From a virus (taxonomy: Duplodnaviria > Caudoviricetes), in the IMG/VR virus record IMGVR_UViG_3300020050_012045, positions 64,001 through 128,000 of that record: a stretch of 64,000 nucleotides of DNA, one strand, 5' to 3'. The translations under genes and the position numbers were made by a program. Positions 26,654 to 35,506 of the stretch are shown here, piece by piece. The first letter of the stretch is position 1; each line of letters begins with the position of its first letter. Under the pieces are notes generated by a model that ran no database searches, had not been told where the DNA came from, and saw only the letters and a list, made by a program, of their open reading frames with translations.

Positions 26654-29488
26654 TTAGAGCGATGCCGATTGTTGGACTTCAGACACAACGAAGTCGATTT
26701 TGATGAACTTGATACCAGTTGCGAGCTTGATTTCAGCCGAGCAGAACATTGCATTGCCCTGGATGCGGACAACGATGTTTTTGTATCCAGCTGGGGCGTC
26801 ATCAGATGCCGACAGAAGCTTGATGCGCTTCATTGTATCCAGGATAGACGACAGAACGCCGATACCAGAGGCAGCTGAAACGTCAGCAAGGGAAGCGCCC
26901 TTGAAGCTCTTTTCCATACCTTGTTTAGCAGACGCCGTTACAAGGTCAGCAGCGTAGATTGCCTGGATGGAGTTGAACAGGAAGTTGTTGTCAACACCAT
27001 ACGTAGTTTGGTCAGACACCCACTCGTATCCGCCAGTGCCATCACTTGGGGCACGAGCCAGCAAGATTCCAGACTGCAACGCCACTTCAACGTCAGTGTC
27101 ATCGTTTGGATCGAACGTGCTGTCATTATACAGAACGCCCGAGGTGTTCAGGAGCTTACCAGTGATGTCACGGTAGAACCCGGCAGCTTGGGTAGCAGCA
27201 GCGTTAGTCGCCGTAGCCCAGGGCTGGAACTGGACAATGCTTCCGTCCGTAGCTGACGTTCCCTTGAAGTCTTCAATCGCCAACGAGCAGCGGAAGTTAG
27301 CCAACGTGGTTGACTTGTTTTTGGCTTCGTTAAACGTTCCACGGTACGACAAGAACGCTTGACGGTAACGACCACGCTTCAAAGCCGACATAGCGATGAC
27401 GTGTGATTTAGTCAGTGCATGCACAGAGTCAATCGTGTACGTCGAGCTTGGGTCAGTTTCAAAGTCAGCGATGTCTTCGGTTGCATCCCGGGAGAACAGT
27501 GGGATGACGAAATTGCAGCGAAGCTTTTCAGCCGAGCGCAAAGCCGCCAAAACGTTAGCGTCTGTGGTTGCTCCACGAGTTCCACCAGTCAAGAACGTCA
27601 GAATCTGAGCTTCTGGCAAACCAGTCGATGGAGCAGCTGGGGTAGTTCCAACCTGTAGAAGGACAGAACCTTCAGCCAAGGCGGCGTAGGTTGCCCGACC
27701 GTCTTTCTTAACCCGACCAGCTTTATTGGTCTGGGTGGTTGCAATCCCGTAGGTTCCCTTGTCAAGAACCAGGACGCCATCCTTATCTGGGTACAGCAAG
27801 GATTGTGCCAGCAAGTTATTGCCAGCCGCTGCGTAGTAACCAGTCTGCGAGCTGATGAACGAAGCGAGTTCGCCAACAGTCTTGTAGTTCTTAAGCGTGA
27901 TGCTCAGGTTAGCGCCAGCCCCACCCGTAACCGTGGTGGTCAGGAGAGAGTTGGTGAGCGTCATGGTTGCCGTGGTACCGAGATACCCGATGGTCAACAT
28001 GACATCACCGCCGAACGTGATTTCTTCGGTCGTACCGTTGCTCAGTTTTTGTGCAACGATCTTATCGACCTGTTCCGAAGCCGAGGTCACATACAGTGGA
28101 AGAACAGCAGCGTTAGCGGACGAGCGCAAGATAGCGTCACCGTTGGTGGTGCCGGTCAGTTCAATCGACTTGCCAACACCATCAATTGCTGGACGGCGGC
28201 AGATAAGGTCGGTCGAAGCAGCTTGAGCAGTAGCTACAAACGACACTGGAGCGGTCGTGGTGTCAAGCTTGGTCATTGCAACAGTAGTGACCGAAGAGCT
28301 GGTGACAGTGTACCAGCCAAGGTTAGCTGAACCACCGCCAACAAACGCCGAACCTGCTTGGATGTAGATTTTGTCGTTTACTTGTGGGGTAGCATCCCAG
28401 TTAACCGAACGAACCAGCGACAAGCTGTTACCGGACGCCGTACCCGTGATAGTACCGGACACAGTAGCAATGACATCGCGGAACGTTCCGGTTCTGCCGG
28501 ATAGTTGGACGCTCTTGTACACCTTGATATCGTCATGGACGGTACCAACAGCGGCAGCGGTCACGTTGACTGGAGCCGTTGGGGACTCAGACACAAGGTC
28601 ATGGACCTTGGTTGCAGAGATTGTGGTCGAGGTCGCAGCAGTCACAAGGTAGATACCAACGTTAGCTGAACCAGCACCGATCAAGACGGAAGCTTGAGCA
28701 GTTTCGTACCATTCAGCTGGGCCACCACCGTCCAAGACAGGGATAACCAGCATATCGCCAGCAGCTGGGGTATTATCCCAAGCTACCGAGCCGGTGATTA
28801 CAACGTTGTTGCCAGATGCAGTCAAAGCCAGGGTAGCTGCGTTAGCCCAGGCAGTGATAACTGCAAGTGCTTGTCCGCCGATAACTTCGATTGGGAAGTT
28901 CGACAACGCTGACATCTGAGCTGCAAACGCTGGAGGCGAAGTCAAGGATGCGATAACAGACGATACCGTTGATCCACCGTTGGTCCGCAAGCCAAGCGTA
29001 GACGATGCTGGGGTTGGGGTGTAGGTGAACGTAGACGTTGGCTGAACTTCCGAGGTCGACTCAGACATCACGAACGAAATGCCGTTACCTGGCTCGCCGT
29101 AGTTTCGGTCAGCCAAGACACCGTAGTTAGTCAACCCAGAACGAACCATGTTACCAGACGCTTTGCCTGATGGATTGGTCTTAAGGATGTACATGCCGGC
29201 TGGAGCGCCAGTAATGTCGTTCGATGCACTTGGTACACAAGCGATATTAAAGGCATCAACCAGAGCGCCTTCGCCGTACTTAGCGGCAACTTCACCAGCC
29301 TGATTTGGGCCGAAGTAAGTGTCAGCTAGGTCGGTTTCAGATGCATGGTCTGGACCTTGGGAGGACTCGCCAACCAAGACAAGGATACCCGAGGTAGCAA
29401 CACCGGATGGGGTGTTAGCAACACGGTACTGAGCAACTGCCTGAGGAATGTAAATTACGCCATTTTCAGTGGCTAGAGAAACGGCCAT
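26654..29488 (-). CDS. contractile tail sheath protein
   Basis: N-terminal ILVLVGES..GP; C-terminal sheath domain (DQTTY...NSIQAIYAAD...IKFIKIDF). Confidence 0.85.
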   Translation of the reverse strand: MAVSLATENGVIYIPQAVAQYRVANTPSGVATSGILVLVGESSQGPDHASETDLADTYFGPNQAGEVAAKYGEGALVDAFNIACVPSASNDITGAPAGMYILKTNPSGKASGNMVRSGLTNYGVLADRNYGEPGNGISFVMSESTSEVQPTSTFTYTPTPASSTLGLRTNGGSTVSSVIASLTSPPAFAAQMSALSNFPIEVIGGQALAVITAWANAATLALTASGNNVVITGSVAWDNTPAAGDMLVIPVLDGGGPAEWYETAQASVLIGAGSANVGIYLVTAATSTTISATKVHDLVSESPTAPVNVTAAAVGTVHDDIKVYKSVQLSGRTGTFRDVIATVSGTITGTASGNSLSLVRSVNWDATPQVNDKIYIQAGSAFVGGGSANLGWYTVTSSSVTTVAMTKLDTTTAPVSFVATAQAASTDLICRRPAIDGVGKSIELTGTTNGDAILRSSANAAVLPLYVTSASEQVDKIVAQKLSNGTTEEITFGGDVMLTIGYLGTTATMTLTNSLLTTTVTGGAGANLSITLKNYKTVGELASFISSQTGYYAAAGNNLLAQSLLYPDKDGVLVLDKGTYGIATTQTNKAGRVKKDGRATYAALAEGSVLLQVGTTPAAPSTGLPEAQILTFLTGGTRGATTDANVLAALRSAEKLRCNFVIPLFSRDATEDIADFETDPSSTYTIDSVHALTKSHVIAMSALKRGRYRQAFLSYRGTFNEAKNKSTTLANFRCSLAIEDFKGTSATDGSIVQFQPWATATNAAATQAAGFYRDITGKLLNTSGVLYNDSTFDPNDDTDVEVALQSGILLARAPSDGTGGYEWVSDQTTYGVDNNFLFNSIQAIYAADLVTASAKQGMEKSFKGASLADVSAASGIGVLSSILDTMKRIKLLSASDDAPAGYKNIVVRIQGNAMFCSAEIKLATGIKFIKIDFVVSEVQQSASL

Positions 29489-29489
29489 G

Positions 29490-30125
29490 TTATTTCACCT
29501 TCTTTTGGAGCTTCTTGAACACGCCAACTTTTTCAGACATTGCCATTGCGCCGCCAGGGGACGGACGGCCACCAGTCGGCACTTTTCCAGCTTGAGAACT
29601 CATGTCCATCTTAGCCATTGCACCTGGGGCCTTTGGAGCCTTGGGTGCTTCTGGAGCTTTAGGTATACCGGACGTACCAGCAGCCTTAGGCATCTTAGGC
29701 TTCATTGAGCCCATTTCGTCTTTGACGACTTTTTCAACCTTGGGATCAGAACCCTGGGAAGCTGGAGACACCTTGGCTTTGTAGTCGCCCGGGAGGTTGT
29801 TTTCTGGCTTGCCCTTGGTCACGTACCGCTTTTCACGGTCGGATGGGTGCTTTTCGTCAATATAGGTTTCGGCTTTCTTGACGGCTTCGGCCTTTTTAAG
29901 GCCCAAAAGCTTAAACACCGTCTTGGACGGAGCGTGCTGACGAGTTGGATCGCCGTCCTGAACTTGTTTCTCTGACGGGGTAGACGAAGGAAGCCCGAAC
30001 ATGCCCTTAGCAAAGGACTCTTCAGCCTTTTTAAGGCGTTGGACTTCAGCGGTGCACTTTTCGATACGCTCTTGAATGCTCATCAGAGCCTCATTGAGCA
30101 CATCGAGTTTTGGTTTTGACGCCAT
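29490..30125 (-). CDS. Lys/Pro-rich disordered protein, probable internal head protein
   Basis: PKAP repeats; LKKA, FAKG, LKKA and VKKA motifs. Confidence 0.6.
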   Translation of the reverse strand: MASKPKLDVLNEALMSIQERIEKCTAEVQRLKKAEESFAKGMFGLPSSTPSEKQVQDGDPTRQHAPSKTVFKLLGLKKAEAVKKAETYIDEKHPSDREKRYVTKGKPENNLPGDYKAKVSPASQGSDPKVEKVVKDEMGSMKPKMPKAAGTSGIPKAPEAPKAPKAPGAMAKMDMSSQAGKVPTGGRPSPGGAMAMSEKVGVFKKLQKKVK

Positions 30126-30149
30126 TGATAGGTCTCCCTTGTACGGGGG

Positions 30150-30157
30150 AAAGATTG
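30150..30157 (-). promoter_or_regulatory. putative late promoter CAATCTTT
   Basis: 24 nt before ATG 30125. Confidence 0.65.
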
Positions 30158-30176
30158 TGCGAAGAAAAATGAGCTT

Positions 30177-31166
30177 TTATTCCTCTTCCCACGGGTCAAC
30201 TGACCACCCTTGATCGGCCTGTTGGTCCAGGATTTGGTTCGAGTCCACCAGCGGGGCGTCAAATGTAAGCCCAAGTCCGATCCCTTGAACAGCAGCAGAG
30301 ATCGACTTAGGCCAGTAGTACCGGACAAGCCCCGAGACGTTGATGGTGCGTTGGAAGATCCATTGGGACTGTGACGGACCCTGCATTGGCCCGCCCATTC
30401 CAGAAGAAGAGATTTGAGGAAGCTCGAATCCACGAGCTTCCAGATACTGTTGCTTGTATTTGTTCAAGCAGAACAGGACAATTTGGTGTAAAGCGATGGT
30501 TTTGACCGGATCACCCTGGGTAGAGACAACGATCTTGACCGACTCCCTGTAGGTGATGCCTTCAAGAGAGACTATATAAAGGTCAGACGCATTTACCACT
30601 TGAGCGTTAGTCAGATTCAGAACCAGGTCTTCGTCTAGCTGGAACTGTGAGTCGGACAGGACTTCCAAGATGGGGTAGTGACGGTTATTCACCTTGTCCC
30701 ACACCCGCATGCCAGGATAAATATGAGCTGTTGATTGATTTGACGGAAGCGTGATGATTCCGGTGGCTGGGTCGAAAGTCAGTGGAGTAAAGACAAGAGC
30801 TGGAGCTTGCTTAGACATGATGTTGGTCATGTCGATTCGCTCTTGGGGGATGTCGTTAGTGTCACCAGTGATTTTCTGATGTTCTGACTGGTCGCCTAGC
30901 CAGATAGTGATGTGTGGCAACTTGGCTGCGTCTGAGTTGTAGCCAGTAGTGATGGGTATTTCGTTGTTTAGGAACCAGTCTTTAAGCTCGTTAAGCTCTT
31001 TTTCTCCATAATATCGCTTAGTTAGCTCATCTGTCATCAGCCAGTTGAAGCAGAAGTCTAGGAGATACGGGTTGGCTCGGATGTCGTCGAAAGCCGCCAA
31101 TAAGCAGGTACGGACGGTAATGTCTGTTGGGTGGGAGCCGTAAGAAGAAGTTGAAATGACGGTCAT
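30177..31166 (-). CDS. tail completion / terminator-like structural protein
   Basis: Upstream of sheath; LPHITIWL pattern typical of tail terminators. Confidence 0.55.
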   Translation of the reverse strand: MTVISTSSYGSHPTDITVRTCLLAAFDDIRANPYLLDFCFNWLMTDELTKRYYGEKELNELKDWFLNNEIPITTGYNSDAAKLPHITIWLGDQSEHQKITGDTNDIPQERIDMTNIMSKQAPALVFTPLTFDPATGIITLPSNQSTAHIYPGMRVWDKVNNRHYPILEVLSDSQFQLDEDLVLNLTNAQVVNASDLYIVSLEGITYRESVKIVVSTQGDPVKTIALHQIVLFCLNKYKQQYLEARGFELPQISSSGMGGPMQGPSQSQWIFQRTINVSGLVRYYWPKSISAAVQGIGLGLTFDAPLVDSNQILDQQADQGWSVDPWEEE

Positions 31167-31174
31167 CGTCTGGT

Positions 31175-31182
31175 AAAGATTG
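31175..31182 (-). promoter_or_regulatory. putative late promoter CAATCTTT
   Basis: 8 nt before ATG 31166. Confidence 0.65.
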
Positions 31183-31187
31183 TGGTT

Positions 31188-31427
31188 ATGACGGAATCAA
31201 CAAAAGAGAACCTGATTCAGCTTGGCATATACCTCACTCTTGCCTTGGGTTTAATCCTGTGGTGGAGGTTCGATATAGACACAGATGAGAAGGTCTATCA
31301 GATTGTGTATGGTAAGGTGCTTTGTGCTCACGCTGAGGAGACTCGGTGTGGACTAACCTTGAAGAACTGTGCTGATGGTCGAGAATACAGGTGTATGCAG
31401 AATGTGTTCAGTCAGCAGCAGGATTAG
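31188..31427 (+). CDS. small membrane protein with Cys-rich C-domain
   Basis: TM helix plus four Cys. Confidence 0.6.
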   Translation: MTESTKENLIQLGIYLTLALGLILWWRFDIDTDEKVYQIVYGKVLCAHAEETRCGLTLKNCADGREYRCMQNVFSQQQD

Positions 31428-32197
31428 CGGTTCGTGAACTTGGCGATGATATCGGGCAGGATTTTTTCGTTCCATTCGTCAGAAAGCTCGTAGTATGTAG
31501 TTACCAACGACTGTAAGCCCTCCTTAGCTGGACGGTTCCATTTACGCCCCCGCATCGATTCTGATGCGATCCGGTACGTAGTCATAGACCTATCTACCTT
31601 CCCGGTATCATGGTTCATTGTTTGTTTAATATTCAGCCCATTCAAAGCTGGTGAACTCCAAGCTTCGTTATGCTTGGTTGCCCCACGCTGTAATCCCCCC
31701 AGGTTCAGCCGATGAAGAGTGCCTTCTTTTGGCTTACCGTCTGGGCCACGTTCCAGCTTGGTGTACGGGATGTTACGCTTCTTAAGCTCTTGACGCATGG
31801 TCTGGGTGATAGACTGAGCCATGGGTGTCTGGTTCTGTGGGGCCTTATTGTGGCTGAACGGGACTACCAAGTATCGCTCACCTTTGGCGTTGATCTTGGC
31901 TTTTGGCGACTTTAAGAGGAAATCTAACATGCTCCCCGCATGGTACCCCTCTTCAATCCATGCTATTTTATCAGGAATTACTATAGAATAGACACCCTCG
32001 GTCTCGCGGAACTCAAGGTTTTGTTTGAATTCGTTCAAGGTGGAGTGGAGTTTCCTGGAGGCAATTTCCAGGACTTTGGCGTGGCCAGACAGCGCCAGAA
32101 GCTTAACGGCGCCCTTGACAGCTTCGGTAATCTCAGCTTCAAATTCCTTGAATTGAGACACTAGGCCGTCAATGTCGATGTTTATGTCTAGTCCCAT
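31424..32197 (-). CDS. neck / virion morphogenesis protein
   Basis: WIEEG...M, GERYLVVPFSH and TYRIAS...W..PA motifs seen in large myophage neck proteins. Confidence 0.65.
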   Translation of the reverse strand: MGLDINIDIDGLVSQFKEFEAEITEAVKGAVKLLALSGHAKVLEIASRKLHSTLNEFKQNLEFRETEGVYSIVIPDKIAWIEEGYHAGSMLDFLLKSPKAKINAKGERYLVVPFSHNKAPQNQTPMAQSITQTMRQELKKRNIPYTKLERGPDGKPKEGTLHRLNLGGLQRGATKHNEAWSSPALNGLNIKQTMNHDTGKVDRSMTTYRIASESMRGRKWNRPAKEGLQSLVTTYYELSDEWNEKILPDIIAKFTNR

Positions 32198-32202
32198 GGG
32201 GA

Positions 32203-32210
32203 AAAGATTG
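32203..32210 (-). promoter_or_regulatory. putative late promoter CAATCTTT (leaderless)
   Basis: 5 nt before ATG 32197. Confidence 0.65.
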
Positions 32211-32229
32211 TTAACGGCTATTATTAGCT

Positions 32230-32355
32230 ATGGACGCAGACGAAAACGCCATTGCGCTGGTTAAACTTACCAAGCTATACCTGGACATCGCAATCGTTCT
32301 GTTTTTCTTTTTCGTGGGGCTAGTTCTGACCCCAGACAAGACAGACGAAGACTAA
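32230..32355 (+). CDS. small membrane protein (41 aa)
   Basis: Single TM helix; below the ORF-track cutoff. Confidence 0.45.
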   Translation: MDADENAIALVKLTKLYLDIAIVLFFFFVGLVLTPDKTDED

Positions 32356-32540
32356 CGATTAAGCTCCATGGTCTTCTTGAATTCGCGGTCTTCGATTTTC
32401 TGAAGCTGTTGGCGGGTGACCGGCTTACCCTTGTACTCATATTCAATCGTGGTCGGTCCTGCCCCTGGCTGAGGCGACGAGTGTTGTGAACACGAAGTTA
32501 ACACAAGCATGACCGCTACAGCCAAACTAAGATAATCCAC
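32352..32540 (-). CDS. small lipoprotein
   Basis: Hydrophobic N-terminus with LTSC lipobox. Confidence 0.55.
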   Translation of the reverse strand: MDYLSLAVAVMLVLTSCSQHSSPQPGAGPTTIEYEYKGKPVTRQQLQKIEDREFKKTMELNR

Positions 32541-32565
32541 TCTTCAAACCATCCGTCTTGATCTC

Positions 32566-32850
32566 TCATTTCAACCTCTTCTCTAACTCGATCAACATAT
32601 CGAACTCATTTTCTAGTTTGGCAACCTTTTCCTGAATTTTCTCCAGCTCGCTATCAATCGCTTCTCTTCGTGTTTCCATTTTCTCTAACGCCCAAGCCTT
32701 CAAATTGAGCTTAGCCTTTGCAACCTGCTTCTCAGAGCAGGTCCGACACAGCCAGTGTGGCCATAACTTAGTCTTTAACGTCAGGTAGCCCTGAAATTCT
32801 TCTACCCAGAGTTTGTCGTTTATCCTTGTTTTAACGATCTCGAAGCTCAT
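32566..32850 (-). CDS. hypothetical coiled-coil protein
   Basis: AAGGAG RBS before MSFEIV. Confidence 0.6.
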   Translation of the reverse strand: MSFEIVKTRINDKLWVEEFQGYLTLKTKLWPHWLCRTCSEKQVAKAKLNLKAWALEKMETRREAIDSELEKIQEKVAKLENEFDMLIELEKRLK

Positions 32851-32909
32851 CGGCAATCTCCTTGTAAAAGCAAGCTACCCGAAATCGACATCGGTGTCGA
32901 ATCATTTGT

Positions 32910-32938
32910 TTGACATCAATACACAGTTCCTGTATTCT
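32910..32938 (+). promoter_or_regulatory. sigma70-type promoter (leaderless)
   Basis: TTGACA-17-TATTCT with TG extension; ATG 6 nt downstream. Confidence 0.7.
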
Positions 32939-32944
32939 TCTCTC

Positions 32945-33160
32945 ATGAACACGAACTGCAAAAACCAAAACGGATGCTCAGTGCGTATCGCTAACGGCTT
33001 ACGTTGTTTCTGTGACCCAACCTTGACCGTGACTTGGCAAGCCAACAAGCCGGGTGAATTCCCAACCCAGGAAGCCGCTCTAGCTGTCGCCAATGGCCGT
33101 CCAGTTGTTCGTGTTTGTCGAAATTTCGGCCACTCGCCAGCAGTGTGGATTGTTCGATAA
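32945..33160 (+). CDS. small Cys-rich protein
   Basis: Start re-called from promoter position. Confidence 0.6.
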   Translation: MNTNCKNQNGCSVRIANGLRCFCDPTLTVTWQANKPGEFPTQEAALAVANGRPVVRVCRNFGHSPAVWIVR

Positions 33161-33173
33161 TTTCAGATGTAAG

Positions 33174-33202
33174 TTGACCTGTCGATTAACTTCCTGTACT
33201 GT
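33174..33202 (+). promoter_or_regulatory. sigma70-type promoter
   Basis: TTGACC-17-TACTGT, followed by AAGGAG RBS. Confidence 0.55.
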
Positions 33203-33218
33203 CACGCAAGGAGCTAAT

Positions 33219-33719
33219 ATGTTGCAATTCGTCAAATACTTTTTCAACAACGATGTCAAGCCGCACGTTATCGCAAACGAACTTGCCCAAGACATTGAAG
33301 ACGACATCTATGTCCGATACTTAGCCCTTGCCTATACCGAGCAGGAAGCTGAGGAGTTCTTCTTTGACCATTCTGGTTGTTGCTTGGCAGTGCGATCGTT
33401 GGAAACATTCAACATTGACGGGCTGTCTGTAGTATTTCCGTCCGACTACCTACTGATGGGATTGTCGGAAGTTCTTCAGGCTTCCCCTCGGTTCATTAAC
33501 GGTAAGTCGTATTTCAAGCTGTATTCTTCGATGGGGTGCTTGATTTTGACTCCAGAGCAGCATAAAAATCTGTGTTCCCAGATTCGTGCTGACCTGGACG
33601 GCATCATTGAACGTGGAACCATCGACCAGCAGAAGTTGATTTCTGGGTTGAACAGCCTGCGAAACCATGATAACTTTGTGGTTAGCAAGTCGGTCCCTGA
33701 ACAAAGCTTCGAGAACTGA
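33219..33719 (+). CDS. hypothetical protein
   Basis: AAGGAG RBS, ATG 33219. Confidence 0.7.
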   Translation: MLQFVKYFFNNDVKPHVIANELAQDIEDDIYVRYLALAYTEQEAEEFFFDHSGCCLAVRSLETFNIDGLSVVFPSDYLLMGLSEVLQASPRFINGKSYFKLYSSMGCLILTPEQHKNLCSQIRADLDGIIERGTIDQQKLISGLNSLRNHDNFVVSKSVPEQSFEN

Positions 33720-33727
33720 GGTCGTAA

Positions 33728-33960
33728 TGGGTCAGCCATCTACTTGGGCGCTAGAGAAAGCTCGTGAGAGCATCTATGTCAACGAGAACGAACCTGTTGA
33801 GGTTCATTGCTTTGGTAAAGTCTTCCTTTACGACAAGACAGCTAACGCTCTAAAAGCTTGCGATCAGATGGTGGTCTTGTTCGCTCAAGCGCTTGATGAC
33901 TTTCATTCGCAGATGCTGGTATTCTCAGTATGGACACCTAAAGTAGGAGACGAATCGTGA
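33728..33960 (+). CDS. hypothetical protein
   Basis: GAGG RBS before MGQPST; start position approximate. Confidence 0.55.
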
Positions 33961-34313
33961 CTAACCAACAAATTTTTGACACCGTGGCAGACCATCTTTT
34001 GAAACAGCGCAAGAAATCGCTCAAAGACGGACTCTGTGTTTACCGATCGGGCCACAAAGCTAGCAGTAGGGTTCGTTGCGCAATTGGATGTCTGATTAAG
34101 GATGAGTTTTACCACAAGCGTATTGAGGACAATACTCCAGATATTCCAAAAGTATTGAAGGCTTTGAAGGATTCGGGGATTGGTCGGATGACTCGCAATA
34201 AGATGGATTTACTTCACTCGCTTCAGAGAGTTCATGACTCTTACGAACCAAGAGAATGGGATGCACGTCTTCGGGGGTGTGCTGCCATATATGGGCTGAA
34301 GGTTAATTTCTGA
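33957..34313 (+). CDS. conserved phage hypothetical protein
   Basis: QQIFD.V..HLLKQ, CVYR, CAIGCLI and LQ.VHD motifs. Confidence 0.7.
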   Translation: MTNQQIFDTVADHLLKQRKKSLKDGLCVYRSGHKASSRVRCAIGCLIKDEFYHKRIEDNTPDIPKVLKALKDSGIGRMTRNKMDLLHSLQRVHDSYEPREWDARLRGCAAIYGLKVNF

Positions 34314-34315
34314 TC

Positions 34316-35227
34316 ATGACAGACTTCAAACCAATGAAAGCCTCCGTCTGCGAATCGTTCGATGACGTCAAATTTCCTGTCTTGGTTTCGCCAAAGCTTG
34401 ACGGTATCCGGTGTGTCATTGTCGATGGCGAAGCCAGATCGAATTCTCTGAAGTTGATTCAGAATAAGTTCATCCAAGAAACGCTCAACACTCTACATGT
34501 AGATTCATGTGGTGAGCTTAATGGTCTCGATGGCGAGCTGATGCTACAAAACCCCAAAGCAAGCTTTCAGGAAATTACCGGGGCTGTCATGAGGCAGACA
34601 GGTGAACCAGAGTTCGTATTTTACGTTTTTGACGATTTCACAAACCCTGACCTCTCATTCCTTCAAAGGGATGCCAATACCGCCACGAAGATACGTGAAC
34701 ACTTCAGCGGCTCGAAGTATGTCAAGCACCTTAAGCACGAGTTGGTTAGCAACCAGGTCGAGCTGGAGCGTCTTTATAGGGAGTATTTAGATCTTGGGTA
34801 CGAAGGAGCCATGATTCGCTCCTTAGATGGCCAATACAAGTTTGGCCGAAGCTCAGCTAAGCAGGGATGGCTATTAAAGCTGAAGCCTTTTGAAGATGCA
34901 GAAGCTGAAATCGTTGGTTTTGAAGAACGGGTGGAGAACACCAATGAGGCGTACACCAATGAGCTTGGCAGGACCGCAAGATCGTCTGCTAAGGCGGGGC
35001 TGGTACCGCAAGGAACCCTTGGAGCTTTCTTGTTGCGCCGTCCAGACGGCGTTGAGTTTAGCTGTGGCTCAGGGTTGAATGACCAGCTTCGAGATGAGTA
35101 TTGGAGTAAGAAAGAGCAGATGTTGGGTCAGATTGTAAAATACAAGTTCCAGAAAATCGGGTCTGACGTGAAGCCGAGACTGCCTATCTTTCTAGGAATT
35201 CGACATGTGGATGATTTTAGTCGTTGA
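34316..35227 (+). CDS. ATP-dependent DNA ligase
   Basis: PKLDGIR (motif I), LDGEL, FYVFD, YEGAM, LLKLK and RLP.F.GIR. Confidence 0.95.
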   Translation: MTDFKPMKASVCESFDDVKFPVLVSPKLDGIRCVIVDGEARSNSLKLIQNKFIQETLNTLHVDSCGELNGLDGELMLQNPKASFQEITGAVMRQTGEPEFVFYVFDDFTNPDLSFLQRDANTATKIREHFSGSKYVKHLKHELVSNQVELERLYREYLDLGYEGAMIRSLDGQYKFGRSSAKQGWLLKLKPFEDAEAEIVGFEERVENTNEAYTNELGRTARSSAKAGLVPQGTLGAFLLRRPDGVEFSCGSGLNDQLRDEYWSKKEQMLGQIVKYKFQKIGSDVKPRLPIFLGIRHVDDFSR

Positions 35228-35251
35228 CTTTTAATTCAGTTCTGATATTCT
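35224..35251 (+). promoter_or_regulatory. sigma70-type promoter (leaderless)
   Basis: TTGACT-16-TATTCT; ATG 6 nt downstream. Confidence 0.65.
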
Positions 35252-35257
35252 TGTCTC

Positions 35258-35506
35258 ATGAACAACGAATACAAATCCCAAGCAGAGTTCCAAACCGCAA
35301 TGGACGCAGCCTTCCAAAAGGTCATGATTCCTGGCCAGCACTGGAAGGACCGTATCTGCAAGATGGTGGAAGCTCAACCATCTGAAGTTGATCAGATTGT
35401 TAAGGCGATTGAGTTTTTTACTGGAACCAAGGCAACCGTTGAGCGCCTGGACGTTTGCATCTACCGGATTCGCGCTGCTGGCTACTGGGCCGGCCCTTGC
35501 GCTTAA
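35258..35506 (+). CDS. conserved phage hypothetical protein
   Basis: HWKD.I...AIEFFTG...RAAGYWAG. Confidence 0.7.
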   Translation: MNNEYKSQAEFQTAMDAAFQKVMIPGQHWKDRICKMVEAQPSEVDQIVKAIEFFTGTKATVERLDVCIYRIRAAGYWAGPCA

